Source: Scyliorhinus canicula
Taxonomy: Eukaryota
Direction: 5' to 3'
Length of the DNA: 64,000 nucleotides
NCBI RefSeq assembly: GCF_902713615.1
Contig: NC_052151.1
Span: 220,684,863-220,748,862, forward strand
Position numbers and translations under genes: made by a program. The first letter of the stretch is position 1; each line of letters opens with the position of its first letter. The notes beneath the pieces were generated by a model that saw only the letters and a program-made list of their open reading frames with translations, had not been told where the DNA came from and did no database searches. Shown piece after piece: positions 13,201-25,535 of the stretch.

Positions 13201-13928
13201 CAGATGGCCTGGCAGTTTCTGCGTAAAGAGAAATAGTCAATGTTTCAGGTTCACGTGACTCTTTTTTGGAACTAATAATAGTTCCGTAAGGTGCCATATG
13301 TGCGAGAAAAGTTAAGTCTGTTTCTCTCTCCACAGATACTGCCGGAGATGCTGAGTCTGTTCAAATTGTTCTGTTTTTATTTCATTAAATTTTATGCGTG
13401 TTACGCGATCAATTTGGGTTTTTTTCTTGCCGAGAGGCCCATGCTCCACATGAGCTTCCAGCTACCTTCCTTCGCGCGGACGATGAAGCATGAATCGCAA
13501 TTGGGTTTCACTCATAGTTTTCTCCGGTTTATTCTTAAATGCAGCTATATTATCCGCAACAACCCACTCCCTGCGCTGTTGGGTTTGACAGTCTCTGCAC
13601 TGGAAAGTGAAGACGGTTCTCTTGATTTGCTGATTAGAGTTGAGAGTGACTGTCCTACGTTTACGGCCTCTCAAGTACTGCTCTCATCCGAAGTCGAATG
13701 CATTTCTGTCCGCCTGATCATGTTGTCGCTCACCTGACATTTACGCCCCTCTGCCATCATTTTACCAGAGACAAAATTACAGTCAGTTGACCTTTCCCTC
13801 GTAATTTAACACGTTCAATTCTGTTATCATGCTTCTACAACAGTTTCCTGACAATTTTTGTTATCAATGACAAGCTGGAATCGCATTAACACGCTTCGCT
13901 CCCCCCACAAACCATCCAAGCCAACAGC

Positions 13929-14520
13929 ATGGCAGCAAGACGCGCGCCCCCGAGGTTCAGCGACGTGGAACTGGAAACCTTCCTAGAGGCCGTGGAGGAG
14001 AGGCGGGAGGCTGGAACCCCCGGTAGGAGACTGCCAGCCGCCAGCGTTCGCCGGGCTTGGACGAAGGTGGCAGAGGCGGTCAGCACCATGGTCAACAACG
14101 TCCCGACAGGACATCAATGGCAGACAAAATTGCACACATTCTTCGAGCGGCCAGGATGAGTAGACAGCACTGTGACCCCAACACGAAACCCCGCCTCACA
14201 CAACAATAACACCCATCCCCCAGGAGGATGGCCAAATCCCCTTCACCAGAATCTAGCACATATACTGGCCGCCATGGTTCCGTGGTCTGGCCACAGAAAC
14301 CATCAGATACCCATCGCCTGGGATTCATGTGTCGGACTGTCTACCGTTGTGCGTTTTCATTTTTCCCCGGAGAAGACGGTGCACTACCACCGTGAGCTGG
14401 AGAAGACTGGAGCGGAAGCACTGTCCCTGCGGCCTCTCCAAACTGCAGAGCAGAGGGCACGTGATGTGGTTCGCGGGACCAAAGAATGGGCAGTCGCTGG
14501 GGTGGAGGTAGTCATTGGGC
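13929..14520 (+). mobile_element. Myb/SANT-like DNA-binding protein relic, probably PIF/Harbinger transposon-derived
   Basis: RAPPRFSDVELETFLEAVEERR..AWTKVAEAVS and downstream EKTVHYHRELEKTG..LRPLQTAEQRA resemble Harbinger-associated Myb/SANT proteins; disrupted. Confidence 0.6.
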
Positions 14521-14640
14521 GGGGAGGTTTACAGAGAGAAGACAAATGGTTCGGTCAATCACCGTACAGCATCCCCAGCAGATCTGATGTAAACTATGGG
14601 AAGAGAATCAGTTAACTTGCCGTTGCCCTTGCATCAACAA

Positions 14641-14900
14641 CACGATTGCTGCAGAGACGGCCAGTAGCATGGCGGAGCTAATCATATCAGTAATTCATGA
14701 GACCTTGAATTGCAAAATGTTCATCTGCGAGTTTTGGATGGTGGGAGGCGAGACTGGTTGGAAGGCGGATGGAGCGCGATGTCGGTGAGTGGCCGTTGAA
14801 GTATGAATGGACGAAACGATTTCGATCAGAGTCTTGCGAACCTTCGAGCCAAATGAAAGCATTGTGCAGTTGACAGGAGGGTGAGCAGGGTTTGACACCA
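14641..14900 (-). pseudogene. Faint V-like relic, paralogous to 39627-39870
   Basis: Clear DNA similarity to 39.6-39.9 kb; translation SCQLHNAFIWL.. and a CTCTGCAGCAAT end resembling the family-1 3' end. Confidence 0.3.
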
Positions 14901-15229
14901 GTCGGCAGGTGGGCACCGTAGATTTGAATTATATTAACTTCATGTTGTGTAAAACAGAGATGGTCACAAAGCATTGAAATTACCTAAACGTCATTTTAAA
15001 AACGTATGGAGGGTGAAATCTACAAAAGATGGGCTCACCTCGAATGGTCAGTCACGGGAATATTGTGAGATGCACGTGGGGGGGGGGGGGACCGATTTGC
15101 GCAGTGCTAATGTCAAAAAGCCCACATTAGAGACAAACTAAGGTACTAGTCTATCGAGTTCGACATCCAACACGATAGCTGGGGAAATTCGAATTCAATT
15201 AAGAAATCTTGAAGTGACAGCTAATGGTG

Positions 15230-15790
15230 CTTTTCTAAGCACATTCCATTTATTGTTCATTTAGTGGACGTTGTCGTCACCTGTTATGCCAGTATTCATT
15301 ACCCATCCCTACTTCCCCTTCAAAGGTGGTACTGAGTTGTTTATTGAATCCCTGCAGTTCCCGAGTTGTAGGTATATCCACTCTGCTGTTCGTGAGGGAG
15401 TTCCAGGATTTTGGCCCAGCGACAGTGAAGAAATGGTGATTTATTTCCATGTCAGGATGGTGAGTGACTTGGTGGTGAGGTTTCGAGGTTTCTGCTGCTC
15501 TTGCCTTTCTAGATGTAGTGGTCTTGGGTTTGGAAGATGCAGTTTGAGGTTCTTTGGTGAGTTACATCGGTGCATCGTGTTGAGGGCACACACGGCTGCC
15601 ACTGTTCTTCGGTGGTGAAGGGTTTGAATGTTTGTGAAATGGGGAACAGCCAAGCGGGCTGTCTTGTACTGGATGGTACGGCGCCTCTTGAGTGTTTTGG
15701 AGCCGCAATCATCCAGGCAAGTGCAGAGTATTTTATTAGACTGCAGAAGTGCCATGACGATTTTGAACAGTCTTTGAATTAGATTACTCC
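15230..15790 (-). mobile_element. L2/CR1-group LINE 3' fragment
   Basis: KTLKRRRTIQYKTARL..LHHRRTVAAVC..HLPNPRP is typical of a LINE ORF2 C-terminus. Confidence 0.6.
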
Positions 15791-16219
15791 ATGTTGTGTG
15801 AAACATGGATGGTCACACATCATTGGAATGACCTAAACTTCAATTTTAGAAAAGGATGGAATTTGAATTCTACAACAGATGAACAGACGTGGAATACTGT
15901 GAACCGGGGTGAGGGGGGGGGGGGGGGAGGTGGGTGGGTTGGGGGGGGGGACGTGGGTGGTCAAGAGGTGAATTAATCGACGTACGATTTCTATCGTTTC
16001 ACCTGTCCTGGTAGTCAGGTATAAATAGGCCAGTCCAGTTACTGATTAATGGTCACCCCAGGATGTTGATTGTGGGGGATTCAGCTATAGTGATGCCGTG
16101 GAATGTTAAAGGGCCGTGGTTAAATCCTCTTTTGTAGATTGCTTCATTACCTGGGACGTGTGTGGCGCGAATAAATCTTGCCACTTGTCAGCCCAAACCG
16201 GGATATTGTCCTGGTCTTG

Positions 16220-17570
16220 TTGTATTTGAATTGGATTGTTTTGTTTATTGTCACCTGTACAGAGATGAAAAGTATTTTTACCCGTGCAGCTCAAACAGAT
16301 CATGAAAAGTAAATGCGTAATCTGGCATCACAAGGTGTACAATGTAAACACATAGACACGGGCATCAGGTGAAGTATACCGAAGTGTAGTATGAATCAGA
16401 ATTTGTTCATAAGACGGTCGTTTAGGAGTCTGGAAAGAGCGGACAAAAAGCTTTTTTGAACTTTTTAGTGCATGCTCTCAGCCTTTTGCATCTCCTGCTC
16501 CATGGAAGAAAATGGAAGAGTGAGTAAGTCGGCTGAAAGGGTTCTATGATCATGCTGCCCGCTTTCGGGCAGCGGGAGGTGTAGATAGAGTAAATGAATG
16601 GGAGGCGGATTTGTGTGGTGGACTGGGCTGTGTCCACAACTCTCTGACATAAAACAGAACGTACACTGCAGACGGAGGCCGCTCGGCCCATCGGGTCTGC
16701 ACCCACCCATCCAAGCCCTCTCTTCGACCCCATCCCCGCAACCCAATACACCTTTTAACCCTTTTTGGACACAAAGGGCAATTTATCATGGCCAATCCAC
16801 CTAACCTGCACATCTTTGGACTGGGGGGGGGGGGGGGGGGGGGGGACCAGAGCACCCGGAGGAAACAAACGGAGACACGGGGAGAACGTGCAGACTCCTC
16901 ACAGACAGCGACCCAGCGTGGAATCGAACCTGGGACCCTGGCACTGAAGCCACAGTGCTACCCACTTGTGCTACCGTGCTGTCCCGAAGTTTCTTGCGGC
17001 CTTGTGCTGAGCAGTTGTCATGCCAGCCTGTAATGCAGCCAGTTAGCATGTTTTCCATGATGCTCCTGGAAAAGCTTGTAAGAGTCAATGTGGACATGCC
17101 GAATTCCCTTAGTTTCTATGGAAGCAGAAGGCTGTTATGCTTTATTGGTCGTACAATCGACGTGGGTGGATCAGGACAGATTTTTGGTGATGTGCAGATC
17201 TAGGAATTTAAAGCTGTCAACCATCTCCACCTCGGTCCCGTTGATTCAGACAGGGGTCTGCACAGTACTTTGCTTCCTGAAGGCAATGCCCAGTTCTCTA
17301 TTTTTTTTGGCATTGAGTGGGAGATTGTTGCTGTTTCACCCCTCCACTAGGTTCTCTATCTCCCTCCTGTATTCTGAATCGTCGTTGTTCGAGATTCGAC
17401 CCACAATGGTTGTGTCGTCAGCAAACATGGAGATGGAGTTGAAGCCAGTATCTGCTTCATTACTGTGGAGTCATGCCAATGGTGCTGAACAATATGCAGT
17501 CATCCGCAAAAATCCGCATTTCAGATGACGGAAGGGAGGTCATTGATGAAACAGCGCCAGCTGGTGGAAA
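16220..17570 (-). mobile_element. Rex1/Babar-like LINE, 5'-truncated
   Basis: FADDTTIVGRISNNDDSEYRRE near 17.4 kb; C-terminal QRVVDTAQS..YTSRC..SLFHFLP; ACAATAAAC tail. Confidence 0.75.
16745..16985 (-). mobile_element. HE1-like SINE nested in the Rex1-like LINE
   Basis: Reverse complement has the GGGACAGCACGGTAG head and the conserved core. Confidence 0.88.
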
Positions 17571-17649
17571 CAATGTGAGACAAGAATAAAATCCATTTTG
17601 TTTCAGAAGCATGTTCAACATTACACGCTCTGAGATCAGAATGCATGAG

Positions 17650-17688
17650 CTTATTCGTCTATAATGCGAATAAGCAGTAACCGCTGTG
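17650..17688 (-). other. Degenerate 23-RSS CACAGCG-23-ACGAATAAG
   Basis: Read directly. Confidence 0.75.
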
Positions 17689-18364
17689 ATCCTCACCAGT
17701 TCCACATGAATGCACAGACTCTCCTTCGAGTTTGACGACCTCGATCTTCGGTGTTGTTCTGTTTTCCGCAGACCTCGTAATCACAAACCCGCTCTTGAAC
17801 TCCTCCTCATAAGAAGCATCAGAGCCTAAATAAATATATCCAATTAGATGGAAACTATGACGCTAGCACAGCATGTTATTTGGAAGTTTTCCTTTCTGTA
17901 GGCAGTTCATTTGTACGGATCTTCGCTCCTTATTGGCAAGCGAGCAAGGCCATTGATATATCACAACCAGTGGTGAACTACCTGGAAACACAAATCATGG
18001 TGGACTGAATTAGAACTTTAACTTTCAAGAAGTTGATGCTTGTTGGAGGTGCCCGTAGTTACAAGGAAATTCAGTATCCTCTCATTTCTGACAAGTCGTT
18101 GCGCATATCGGACTGTGCAACACAATTTTGGGATTGCCAAGCTTGTCTGCAGGGGTTAATATTAAACGATGAAATATAACATGCAAAGGGGGCAGAAGAA
18201 ACAGCCCCTATCGTATTCACTGAATGCGTCCTGATTTCATAAATCGCATCTATCATTTATCATCCTGCATAGTCGATCCAGAAAGCAACAAAAATTGCAG
18301 CTGATGGTTAATTTGCTCGTCTGGGTGACATGAGCAGAAGAGGGATACAAGCAAATTGCAACAT
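17689..18364 (-). pseudogene. TCR V pseudogene (family 4); V exon 17689-17981, leader-like segment 18322-18364 without GT donor
   Basis: In-frame TAG at 17863-17865 replaces WY (C*); 12-nt deletion relative to the paralogue at 40.6 kb; leader-like MLQFACIPLLLMSP is followed by GACGAG. Confidence 0.88.
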
Positions 18365-18671
18365 TGCACTTAGATCCAAGAACTGTTCCCCTGCCTGTTC
18401 CTGGTTTCAGGGATGGAACCCTGAACCGTGACAACAGCGCGATTCAAACGACAATTCATTTAGCCACGATCGTTAAGACTTCAGATCTTGTTATGTGTTC
18501 ATCCTTCTGTTGTCCTTGTTTATTCTATTTTTTCATTCCCCACTTTCTGCGTCGTTGGCTACCTCTTCACTTGCGTTTCTTTGGCGATTTTGTTACAAAG
18601 GCAAAACTAACGAAACGCATATCGCAGTGGCGTGTGTGGAAGCGCAGGGTCACCAGTGGCTTGTCGGTGAT

Positions 18672-18710
18672 ACTTTTTGTCGCTGTTTCGGGACAGTCTG
18701 TAGTGCTGTG
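18672..18710 (-). other. 23-RSS CACAGCA-23-ACAAAAAGT
   Basis: Read directly. Confidence 0.92.
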
Positions 18711-19742
18711 CAGCATTGCTGGCAGCGCAGAGATATTTCGCCGAGTCAGCTGGTTTGGTGCTGAGGATCTTGAGGGTGGACCTCCTATCCTTCTGGCTTC
18801 GGCTGAATTCAAATCCAATTGTGAAACCCTCTTCATATATAGCTTCGCTGCCTCGGTTCCTTGACCCGATCAGTGAGAACGATTCTCCAGGAATGTGGCG
18901 AAACCAGAACATGACATTACGAACGGTTTCATTCTGATGGCAATTCAACTCGACTTCTTGATCCCGCTCCGCAGCGACCGAAGCCGGCCACTGATGCATG
19001 ATTTCCGCTAACGGACACTCTGAAAAAACATGCGCCATTTTTCAGAATAGGATATATTTTAGACATGTCCAGCTGATGGTCGGACGAATAATACAGGTTG
19101 CCGCAGTTGAGAGCTAGGTTGTATTATTCTTTACTTTTAAAATCAATGTAAAGTACGGAATTCATTTTTTTCCAATTAAGGGGGAACTTCACGTGGTCGA
19201 TCCACCTGCATATGGGAGTTGGACCCACGCATACATGGGGGAAATGAGAAAAGTCAACATGGATGGTGACTGGGAGCCGGAATCGAACCCGGGTCGTCGT
19301 CACCGTGAGACAGCAGTGCTAACCATTGCGCGGGCTTGTAGCGCTGGTTGCCAATAGTCAACCTAATCAACCGACATAATCTAACGCGCGAAAAATCTGG
19401 AATTATTGACAAAGAAATGTCGGATCATGATTAACGTTCAGTGAGTTCAGAATAAATTGGATTACGGATGTTTGAATGAAGCTGATATACTCCTTTTCAA
19501 TATATATAATAATAAACGAAAGAATATCGCGCGACAGATCAAAACTACAATATAATATCGTTGTTAAATATGTTTTTAACACGTATGCAATTCTCTGGCT
19601 TTGGCATGGACTGAAAGCACAATGCAATTTACTGCTGCGATTTCATGGAAGCGGGAGAGAAACACAATACGCCAGAATTAGTCAACGCCATCTTACTTGG
19701 GGCCATTAGTAGAAAGGCAAAGACAAACACATTGGGATACAT
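18711..19742 (-). CDS. TRBV: TCR V gene, intact (family 1); leader 19697-19742, V exon 18711-19019
   Basis: Leader MYPNVFVFAFLLMAP|GTAAG; V exon ..MHQWPAS..LNC..MFWFRH..DSAKYLCAASN; RSS present. Confidence 0.9.
19160..19335 (-). mobile_element. Degenerate SINE in the V intron
   Basis: CCAATTAAGGGG..GGAATCGAACCCGGG..GCAGTGCTAACC resembles the reversed SINE. Confidence 0.65.
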
Positions 19743-19801
19743 GGTGGACGTCGATCAACGATAGAATGTTGTTCTCAACTCTGAGAGTGATCAGGCAGAC
19801 A

Positions 19802-19830
19802 ATGCAAATCTCCACATTAGAGCGGAAGTT
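19802..19830. promoter_or_regulatory. Octamer (ATGCAAAT 19802-19809) plus ETS (CGGAAGT 19823-19829) V promoter module
   Basis: 60-90 bp upstream of the ATG; recurs at 47508 and 59228. Confidence 0.65.
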
Positions 19831-20856
19831 CGGTAAGCAATAAGGTGACGAACTTGCCTTTGCGCCTCCTATGCCCTGAGGACGAAGATTGCGTTTTCAA
19901 ACCTGTGCCCTGTCTTTAGTGAAATGTAGCCACGTATTGATGCTCGGGAACACTGTAACAAATTTGGGCAGAGCCAGATCCCACGACACCACAGAGAGAG
20001 GACAAACTAACCATTGGTTCGTAAATGTAGGTCAGAGATAATTATTAACCACGGGACCAGGAGGGTAGATTGTCTTTTATTTTGTGCCAGGAATAATTCT
20101 GATTCCCAACTAGAAGGCATACCGAAACTGTTTATTTATTCTCTCACTATTAACTGTGCATTAGTGCAGTGCTCCCCTCACTTCTGCACTGGATAATCAG
20201 AGAAGTCTATCCAATCACGTCATGCCTTCAGTCGCTATGAATGCCATATCGTTATTGCCTTTGTTATTAAATATTTAACAACATTGCTATTCTAACGCAT
20301 TACTCTGCATTACCTCTCATTTCTGTCCGTCAAGAGTACGACTATGAAGTTAATTACGATTCCTAAGGGTCTATCATGGCCCCTTTAGTGTTCAACCGGG
20401 AGTTTAGTGGAATTCATTGTCTTGTATTCTGTTTCCTTTTGCAATTGCATAATGAACCATTTTAACCCCAAATTTAAATGCACTGAAAGAAAGTAGAAAA
20501 TACTTTACCGAGGATATTAGCTTCCAGATGAGGAATTTTGAACAGTTAAGAATGTATTGATGTACTCAGTCGCGACAGAAATCAAGTTGAATCAATATCG
20601 ATGAAATAAAAAATAATTCTTAGAATATTTCAATTTGTTGCATGTAGCTCATGGTGATAAATGTAGGTAGAAACACATTATAACTTATAAAACGTTGGAA
20701 ATTGCATTGATAGCGGTCGAAACAATCGATTGGTGCAGATAGATGTATATTCATCTCGACAAAATGGCAAACAGACACAAAGGTAAACAGACACACAGAG
20801 ACCCAAAGAGGCGGAGAGTTGAGTTGTCACCCATAAATGTAACCTGACTCCTGGCA

Positions 20857-20895
20857 GGTTTTTGTTAAACGCCCCGCTATCATGGACACGCTGTG
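20857..20895 (-). other. 23-RSS CACAGCG-23-ACAAAAACC
   Basis: Read directly. Confidence 0.95.
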
Positions 20896-21334
20896 CATAT
20901 CCCAGGCACAGTAGTACACGCCGGTTTGATTCACCAACAAGCTGGAGGACTCCAGGTAAAAATATGTGTTGTTGTGTCTTTTGGCAGTGAAACCGTCCAC
21001 CAGAAATGTGGGTGTCACCGTACCATAGTTAGAATAGAACATGTTTTGAGGCTGTCGATCAGGATGCCACTTGTACCAGTAGAAATAGGAGCCAGCTGTT
21101 GCTTCATTGTTAATGCATTCGATCCTAATTTGAGTCATGGGGAAACTGGAAATGGATGCGGGAGTCTGTAGAATTATCACCGCCTTCACTTCTGTAAAAC
21201 AGCGAGAAGAAAAGATCGAACGCTACATACAAATCTAGGAATGTTATCGATATAGATACCCGCTCCACATAGTAAAATTTCAGTTCCTCCTCACCTGCCA
21301 ATGTCAGCAAAACAAAGACCTGGAACATGGCCAT
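20896..21334 (-). CDS. TRBV: TCR V gene, intact (family 2, CAW type); leader 21295-21334, V exon 20896-21191
   Basis: Leader MAMFQVFVLLTLA|GTGAG; 103-bp intron; V exon ILQTP..IEC..YFYWYKW..GVYYCAWDM; RSS present. Confidence 0.88.
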
Positions 21335-23479
21335 CTCTGGAGGACGTTCGTTGCGTTTAATGTGTGGATTCACTCGGAGTTTTATTGTCCAATTTCTGAA
21401 ATCTCCGGAGCTTCCAGCAGTCCAACACGTTCTTGAATTCCGGCAGGTTAGATCGCTGTTTGTTCATTGGTCCGTGCATCTTTACTCGTCATTTGCAGTA
21501 AGAAAGATGTCTGGAGGATGGGCGATCGGTTCATGTACGTATTGAGCTGTTTCAATGAAGCTGTTAAGCTCCTCCTTCTGAACCGTGCCCACGTTCGTTT
21601 CTGGCTGGCAATTGCTGTGATGATGCGCTCAGAGCCAACCCTCCCAAAGTTCGGTGAAATATCTCCTTACGGCTGAACCGGTTTCTCGCCTGCAGCATTC
21701 TGTTCAACCTCCCGTGTTTCCCCTCCGTGGCAACAGGAGCGTTCATAAAGAAAACATTTGAGCTTACAGGAATCACAACTTTTTTTTTAAACTATCGGTA
21801 TCAACGTTTCGAGCGACGAAAGCGGATGTGGATATTAATCGCCACCTCATGGCTACATAATGTAACTGCAGAGCCCCAGTTGCAAAGGCAGACGAAGACT
21901 CTTGAATTCTCCATTGGGATAGGGACGATTTCCAATTTCGTTCCCTGCGTAAATTTCCGACCCCCGCTTCATAGTACCGTGTGTAATAAAGAAAACACAT
22001 TCAGGCCCTTCAGTTGTCCAGAGGTACAGTGCCCTTAAAGATCAACACTAGTCTTAATTAATAGTTCCTTCTTAATCTGTTGCATTCTCGTTATATTCCG
22101 ATCCACTTCTAATTCCAATGCAACTTAATTTGAAAACAATATACGGTATATGCCTCAATGTTCTATGTTGCAGCGATATCCAGATTCCATTCACTCGAGA
22201 TAATTTTTTTTTTCTTAAGGCCTGTAGAATTTGCAAAGCGAACATTTATTTATCACTAATTTGCCTTGAAGGGGCTTCGTTAACCACTGTTGTAAGCCCG
22301 TTACTCGTCCGCCGGCAGTGCTCTTCGGAAGAGAGTTCAAGAATTTTGAATCTGAGACGGTGAACAAAGGTCAATGGAGGGTCAAGTTACATATCAGAAT
22401 TTACGAAGGCTTTTGTTGCTCCGCGCTTCTGTCCGTCGAGCTGGCAGAAATCTGGAGTGGGAAAGGTGACGTGGAACGAGCCGTGCTCAGTCCTTCTCCT
22501 ATTTGATACATACTCTGGAGATGCTGATGGGTGTCGAATGCAAACTGGTCTCGATGGAGGCGCGCGAGGGGTCAGTGTGCTTGGCTCTTGTTGGATGAAT
22601 TCAGTCAAGCGGATCGTATTCCATCAGGCCGCCAAGTTGTGATGTGCAGCTGTTGGACTTGATTTGTGTCGTCAGCAGGGACTTATTGTAACTACCATTT
22701 TTAAATGCTTGAGCAAAGATCACATAATTTATAATGTTTAGGGTTACTGCGGTGTAAATTGAACTGGTGCTCCAAGGGCATGAGACTGCGTTTCTGAATG
22801 CCCAGTGAAACGAATTTATCGTTCCGTCATATATTCCATACGAAGCCATTTACAACTGGGAACACTAGCTTTGCATGCGTGAGCCTATAATAGAGACCTC
22901 CCCTGGTTTTGGTCTGGCTGCCTGGCTGCACACACCAAGAAATGATTCACGAGCCGCCTCAGTTTTCCTTGAAAGAAGCGGCTTAACATTCTGCTGAAAC
23001 ACGAGTCACCCATGAACGTTATGGACAGAATTCATCAGAGCAGATACAGAGATAGTTCTTCCGGTTGTGAATAAAAGTAACGATGGGCTTTTATGGCATG
23101 AAACCGAATCTGACAAAAGCACCGCAGTTTAGCCTCTCCGAAGAAGGAAAAGCGGCTGGAGTGACGAGATTCTAGCGGAGTCTTTAAAGCATGTTCACCT
23201 GTCATCTCCATCAGTTGTTCCTGAAAATCTGGGAAACTCCACCGGCCATATGATGCCGTTATCGCCACCATTTTCAAGAATGAAGACAAACTGAAATGTG
23301 GGGACTACAGGAGAACGTATTTCAAACGTATTTCAGTAACATTATTTTGCTTCATTGGAATATGTACTGGCAAATCAAACAATTACAGCATGATGAATAA
23401 AGGAGATAATTTGAATTGGAATCAGGAAGAAAAGAAGAGAGAGAGAGAGACAGAGAATTCCAGAAAAAAGAGAAAGAGA

Positions 23480-25000
23480 GGGCGGAGAGAGGTATAGAGA
23501 GAAAGACAAGGAGTGGTGATTAGAACTTCGGACAATGGAACTGAAGGTGAGGGAGTCGGAAAGGCATAGATAATATCAATGTTAAGGTTTGGAATTAAAG
23601 ACGGCATTTTAGGAGAGTGCAGGAGAAGGAAAAATCCTCACAGTCCAATATCTACCGGGGCGATGTCTACCTTCAATATTTGATGATAAAAGGGAGGAAA
23701 TCTTCATGTTAATCTGATTTTAGAAAGTTGCTAAACAATTGAAATGGCCAAAACCCGTGAGGGCATTAATAGCATTTTGAGCGAGTGAAATGCTTGCATC
23801 ATTATCTGAGGTGGTATCGAGGGATCATGATCAAGTGAGATGAGAAAAGCTATTTACGTTCATATGTCATTGTGGTGGAAGGATATGCACAGAAATTTGG
23901 AATCCTAGATAACGAACCAGGTCAGATATGTGCAGAAATTGAACGAATGAAACAAAATAATGTCATAGTTAGATAAGAGCATTGAAGATATATCTAAATT
24001 AAGAAGTTACTCCCGAAATGAGTATTCTGCACGAATTCCTAGATAAACGTACTGCGGTCGTGAGAACTCATCTGGCAGAGCAAAGGCTTAAAATTGCTTG
24101 ACACGTTGCACCAATGGCAGAGCAGTTTAATTAGTTGATCCAACAAGGTTCGTCATTAGTTTGTGAAAGATAGAAACTAGGAAAAGGAGAAATCCACAGG
24201 TGGACAAAGCAAATGAAACATAGTTGATGATTGTAAAGACATTTTACTCAGGTTATAAAGGACACTTATGAAGGTGTGAGGGATATAAGAAAACTTCAAT
24301 GATTCATTGTAATAATGTTGCATTTGATGGTAGGAGAAGTAATGGGAGGACAGGCTCTTTAAAATCGGATAACACAGTGCAGTTCATTTCAAACGGCCAA
24401 ATCAACTACGGTTGCAACTGAAGAGGTGCAAACGTGTGTACAGCCCGTTCACAGATTGTTGATAAGTAAGTATCAGACCTCTTTAAAGGTTGTATTTGTG
24501 AAGCATCGGTTTAGCGTACAGAAGATGGACTAGGAAAGGAAGTTACAAACTTAAGGGATACAGGAGACGGTCATCATCGACAGTAAGAGATAAAGACATA
24601 TGTAATTTCAGAAGGTGTATTACTAGAAAAAGTGATGGATACTATGTGGTATTAATGGTGGTGAGTAGTAACCCATTATGTAAGTTTAGCATCTAGAGTG
24701 CCGTGAAATGAGGTGAAGTGCTAATAGGAGGAACAGATAAATTTCGTTTTTCAGGAGTACAGTTTATTCTGGGCATAGATATTATTGGATCACATGTTGG
24801 AGTGGTGTCTATTGTGGTCGGAGTGCCAATGAAAAGACTATCAGCTGAGGTATTGCAGGAATCGTTTCCTGGGGTGTTTTCAGATTGTATGATAACCATA
24901 CCAGGAAGACATAGGTTGAGACAGGAGGGGAAAAAATCAAGGAGTAAAGATAGGGAGGCTGAGGATCAGTTATCGGAAATAATATTTAAACAGATTGAAG
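23480..25000 (+). mobile_element. Degenerate Ty3/Gypsy internal fragment (gag with SCAN-like region, protease-adjacent region)
   Basis: Manual translation gives KVAKQLKWP, AQKF..PGQ..EIERMKQ, VVRTHLAEQ and GVQFILGIDIIGSHVG..LQESFPGVF; frameshifted; no LTRs recognised. Confidence 0.6.
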
Positions 25001-25059
25001 AAGAACAGAAGATGAAGCTGATATATCTCGTCGAGAAAGTTGGAGAATTACAGCAGATG

Positions 25060-25280
25060 GGGCAGCACGGTGCCGCAGTGGATAGCACTGCTGCCTCGTG
25101 GCGCCGAGGTTCCAGGTTCGATACCGGCTCTGGGTCACTGTCCGTGTGGAGTTTGAAATTCTCCCCGTGTTTGCGTGGGTTTAGCCCCCTCAACCCAAAG
25201 AGGTGCAGGCTTGTTGGACTGACCACTCTAAATTGCCCCTTAATTGGGAAAAATGGGTACTCTAAATTTATTTTAAAAAT
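25060..25280 (+). mobile_element. HE1-related SINE variant
   Basis: GGGCAGCACGGTG head, GGTTCGATACC, CTAAATTGCCCCTTAATTGG end. Confidence 0.85.
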
Positions 25281-25535
25281 AGAATAACAGCAGACGAATT
25301 CAGAGATAATACAGTTGGATCAGAAAGCATACACAAAAATATAATCTGAGTGTATCTGGGAATGATGTAACGTTATAAATAATGCATTCATGATAAATTA
25401 GAGAATATTACATATTCAGGCAAATAGGAAATGGGCATAGAACATAGAACATAGAACGATACAGCGCAGTACAGGCCCTTCGGCCCTCGATGTTGCACCG
25501 ACATGGAGAAAAAAAAAAGCTAAAGGCCATCTAAC

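Noticed and set aside
17982-18671. NAR-TCR-style V-D-J cassette between tandem V genes
   Set aside because: No 12-RSS, D or J (FGxG/WGxG) motif was found here or at 40861-41564, and the upstream V is TCR-like rather than IgNAR-like
22900-23290. V-like words (GEAKLRC, CAAR) upstream of the family-2 block
   Set aside because: The motifs are in different frames with wrong spacing and no Trp or RSS
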